19,441 bases of DNA. It comes from Candidatus Thorarchaeota archaeon (lineage in GTDB: Archaea > Asgardarchaeota > Thorarchaeia > Thorarchaeales > Thorarchaeaceae). Both the position numbers and the translations under genes were made by a program. The notes below the pieces were generated by a model, which saw only the letters and a list, made by a program, of their open reading frames with translations, was not told the DNA's origin and did no database searches. Location of the stretch: positions 1 through 19,441 of the forward strand of contig JBHLRQ010000057.1 of the NCBI GenBank assembly GCA_048882385.1, written 5' to 3'. Positions 17,150 to 19,441 of the stretch are shown piece by piece (the stretch's first letter is position 1; the number at the start of each line of letters is the position of its first letter).

Positions 17150-17767
17150 TTGAATACAAATGAAAATGTTGACAGTCTTGGTGAAGAAACTCCAGAAATT
17201 CCTGGAGTTGATCCAAATAAATACGAAGTCACTCCTTTTCAAGAAATAATAATTCACGAAATACCGTCTGGTTCGGTTCTTGATATTGGATCGGGAGGTG
17301 AAGGAGTCATAGCTCAAATCGGAGGAGAACGGATAACAGCAATTGATAAACGACAATCAGAGATTGATGAAGCTATTGACAAAGCTCCTGACGCAAAATG
17401 GATGGTAGCCGATGCCTTAGATTTACCATTTGACGATGAGGAGTTCGATAATGCAACATCTTTCTTCAGTGGAATGTACATGAGTCATGAGGATAAGAGA
17501 GAAGTTATCAAAGAAGTTCATAGAGTACTACCAGCTGGAGGCGAGTTTTGGATTTGGGATTCAAAAATCAAAACCAACAAAGATGGATTCCTAATCGTTT
17601 TGACTATATCAATCCCCGGTAAAGAGAAAATCAATACTGGATATGGTACAAGCATCACAAATCAAGATGAGGATATTTACAAGAAATATCTCAACGAAGC
17701 AGGTTTCTCTATAGAAGAAATAGAAGTGACGGAACATTGGTTCTTTATTAGAGCACAGAAAATTTAG
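17150..17767 (+). CDS. Class I SAM-dependent methyltransferase
   Basis: VLDIGSGGEG, DALDLPFDDEEFD and EVHRVLPAGG. AGGTGA RBS before TTG. Confidence 0.88.
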   Translation: MNTNENVDSLGEETPEIPGVDPNKYEVTPFQEIIIHEIPSGSVLDIGSGGEGVIAQIGGERITAIDKRQSEIDEAIDKAPDAKWMVADALDLPFDDEEFDNATSFFSGMYMSHEDKREVIKEVHRVLPAGGEFWIWDSKIKTNKDGFLIVLTISIPGKEKINTGYGTSITNQDEDIYKKYLNEAGFSIEEIEVTEHWFFIRAQKI

Positions 17768-17880
17768 CAGAAAACGCCTAATTCCACTTTTCTGAGTTGA
17801 AAGAAGCATGGGCTTATGATGACTGGGAACGCGATGCAATCGCTAAATAGTCCCTATTCTAAACTAGAAAATTGTACTGA

Positions 17881-17906
17881 TTGTTAAGCATTCTTTCTCT
17901 TTTGCA
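17881..17906 (+). repeat. Degenerate repeat copy L (3' motif)
   Basis: ttGTTAAGCattctttctcttttgca. atgggcttatgatgactg at about 17808 also echoes copy E. Confidence 0.6.
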
Positions 17907-17958
17907 TTATTTTCGTTGAACTACACGCTTATTACTAGTCAATCAATCCTCTCCTAGC

Positions 17959-18528
17959 ATGAGTAAAATCCTGATTCTAAATGGGAGTGCAAGAAGAAAG
18001 GGTAACACCCGTTTCCTGATCAATCAGATAAATGATGTACTAGGAGAGAGAGGACTGGAATCAAAAATCCTTCATCTTCATGAACTCAACATCAATAACT
18101 GTCGAGGATGTTTCTGGTGCTACAAGGGGTTCCCACTACGATGTGTTCAAGAAGATGATGATATGAATAGCATTTACCCTGAAATAATCGAAGCTGACAT
18201 CATTGTTTTTGCATCGCCTATTTACTGGTTCAACTATTCTGGCCAATTGAAATTGTTCATTGATCGGTTAGTCGCATTGCATGTTAAAGGTGGTCACAAG
18301 TTGGATGGAAAGCGATTTGCTGCAATCTTCGTTTATGGCGACACCAATGTGGAGGAGTCTGGTGTTCAGCATGCTATTGATTCGATCAAACATCTAATAC
18401 GATATATGAAAGGAGAAACTTTAGGGATTGTCCATGGAACTGCAAATGATATTGGGGATGCTGAGAAGAATACAAGACTGGTTGCTGAGGTTCGTGAACT
18501 AGCTGGCAAGATTTGTGAAGCATCTTAG
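17959..18528 (+). CDS. Flavodoxin-like iron-sulfur flavoprotein / NAD(P)H-dependent FMN reductase family
   Basis: GSARRKGNT, CRGCFWC...C, ASPIYW and LKLFIDR. Confidence 0.9.
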   Translation: MSKILILNGSARRKGNTRFLINQINDVLGERGLESKILHLHELNINNCRGCFWCYKGFPLRCVQEDDDMNSIYPEIIEADIIVFASPIYWFNYSGQLKLFIDRLVALHVKGGHKLDGKRFAAIFVYGDTNVEESGVQHAIDSIKHLIRYMKGETLGIVHGTANDIGDAEKNTRLVAEVRELAGKICEAS

Positions 18529-18627
18529 ACAGTCGTGCGTGTTTCTTCAAGACCCGTTTTGCATCCATCCAACTTGGAGCATCTTTGCCATTGTTGATTG
18601 TTTGAGTGATTGATTTACGTGAATATG

Positions 18628-18732
18628 CTGTTGAGCACTCTTTCATTTTCAACAATCAACTAAATCACAATTTTACAGGTTGGCGAGAATACGAAAAATG
18701 TGAATCTCTCTGTTCAATTTTGAAGGAACATC
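18628..18732 (+). repeat. Terminal repeat copy M abutting the larE stop
   Basis: ctGTTGAGCactctttcattttcaacaatcaa...gaatctctctgttcaattttgaaggaaca, colinear with copy A. Confidence 0.8.
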
Positions 18733-18733
18733 A

Positions 18734-19441
18734 TTAGGAATCTAGAACTTCATCCATAGCACCAGTTCGGTATCCAAAAGCATCAAGAGTTACATACTTG
18801 AATCCTGCTTTCTTGGCTAGTTCGTGCAACTCATCAAGTTTGTCTTCATCAAACAACTTCTCTCTCTCTTCTCGTCCGACCTCTATTCGTACAAGGTTTC
18901 CGTGGAATCTTGCACGAACACATGCGATACCAAACAGCTCCTTGACCTCTCTTTCCACCGCATCAATCATTCTTACACGGTCCTCAGTGATTTCAGTGCC
19001 ATATGGAAATCTGCTAGAGAGACAAGCCATAGACGGTCTGTCCGCAATTGATAGTCCCACCTCTCTTGCATAAGCTCTGATTTCTTCCTTTGTTATTCCT
19101 GCATCAAGAAATGGCGATACGACTCCTGCCTCCTCAAGAGCCTTTACTCCAGGTCGATGTCCTTCCATTTCACTGGCATTAGTACCATCTACAACCAAAT
19201 CCATGTTGTTTTCTTTTGCAGACTTTAGCCATACAGCTGCCAGCTCCTTCTTGCAATGATAACATCGATTAACAGGATTCCTAGTCAAGTTCTCGTTCGA
19301 TAGTTCGTCAACCTGAAGGATTTCTAGATCCACCTCTAATTCTCTTGCAACCTCTTCTGCAGCCTGCAATTCTGATCGGGGAAAGGTAATACTGTCGATG
19401 GTAAGCAATTTCGACTCAGCTGCGCTCTCTTTGGCAAGATG
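18734..19441 (-). CDS. larE: ATP-dependent sacrificial sulfur transferase LarE family, 5' end outside the window
   Basis: NRCYHCK, DGTN, RPG, PSMACLSSRFPYG, VRIEV and GFKYVTLD..GYRTG. The frame is open to the window edge. Confidence 0.92.
   Translation of the reverse strand, partial: HLAKESAAESKLLTIDSITFPRSELQAAEEVARELEVDLEILQVDELSNENLTRNPVNRCYHCKKELAAVWLKSAKENNMDLVVDGTNASEMEGHRPGVKALEEAGVVSPFLDAGITKEEIRAYAREVGLSIADRPSMACLSSRFPYGTEITEDRVRMIDAVEREVKELFGIACVRARFHGNLVRIEVGREEREKLFDEDKLDELHELAKKAGFKYVTLDAFGYRTGAMDEVLDS

Noticed and set aside
957-18732. CRISPR array interpretation of the repeats
   Set aside because: Copies are highly degenerate and separated by roughly 0.6-2.5 kb of genes, not 30-40 bp spacers. 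No cas genes are present.
14747-19073. Short antisense or overlapping ORFs within the GRE, methyltransferase, flavoprotein and larE genes
   Set aside because: Shadows of well-supported genes, with no motifs of their own.
1-19441. Selenoprotein (in-frame TGA) or SECIS signals
   Set aside because: No ORF showed a TGA at a conserved Cys position with homology continuing past it.

Overview
An accessory region of a probable archaeal genome. Bat-type HTH regulators, GGTGA ribosome-binding sites and TATA-like promoters suggest an Asgard/Thorarchaeia-like host (inference). It holds about 22 unrelated genes in mixed orientation, ending at a housekeeping-type larE. Main observation: nearly every 1-4 gene block is bounded by a copy of one degenerate 50-100 bp direct repeat (about 14 copies, all on the + strand). 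Approximate consensus: CCTAGATG..GAAGTAAAGRYTGAMRGRGTYGGT[stop]WCAGGGA-loop-TCCCT..CTGTTGAGCACCCTTTCATTTT. The left half behaves like a displaced protein C-terminus, with a TAA, TGA or TAG stop at an equivalent position. The right half carries a GTTRRRY core and resembles the DNA next to the larE stop. This looks like an integrase-less, integron-like cassette accretion array. Cargo includes a fusion of a SAM methyltransferase, an HgcA-like corrinoid domain, a membrane region and a 2x[4Fe-4S] ferredoxin, about 4.7 kb from a MerB-like organomercurial lyase. There is also an orphan glycyl radical enzyme, two Bat-type regulators sharing a palindromic operator, and several small proteins.
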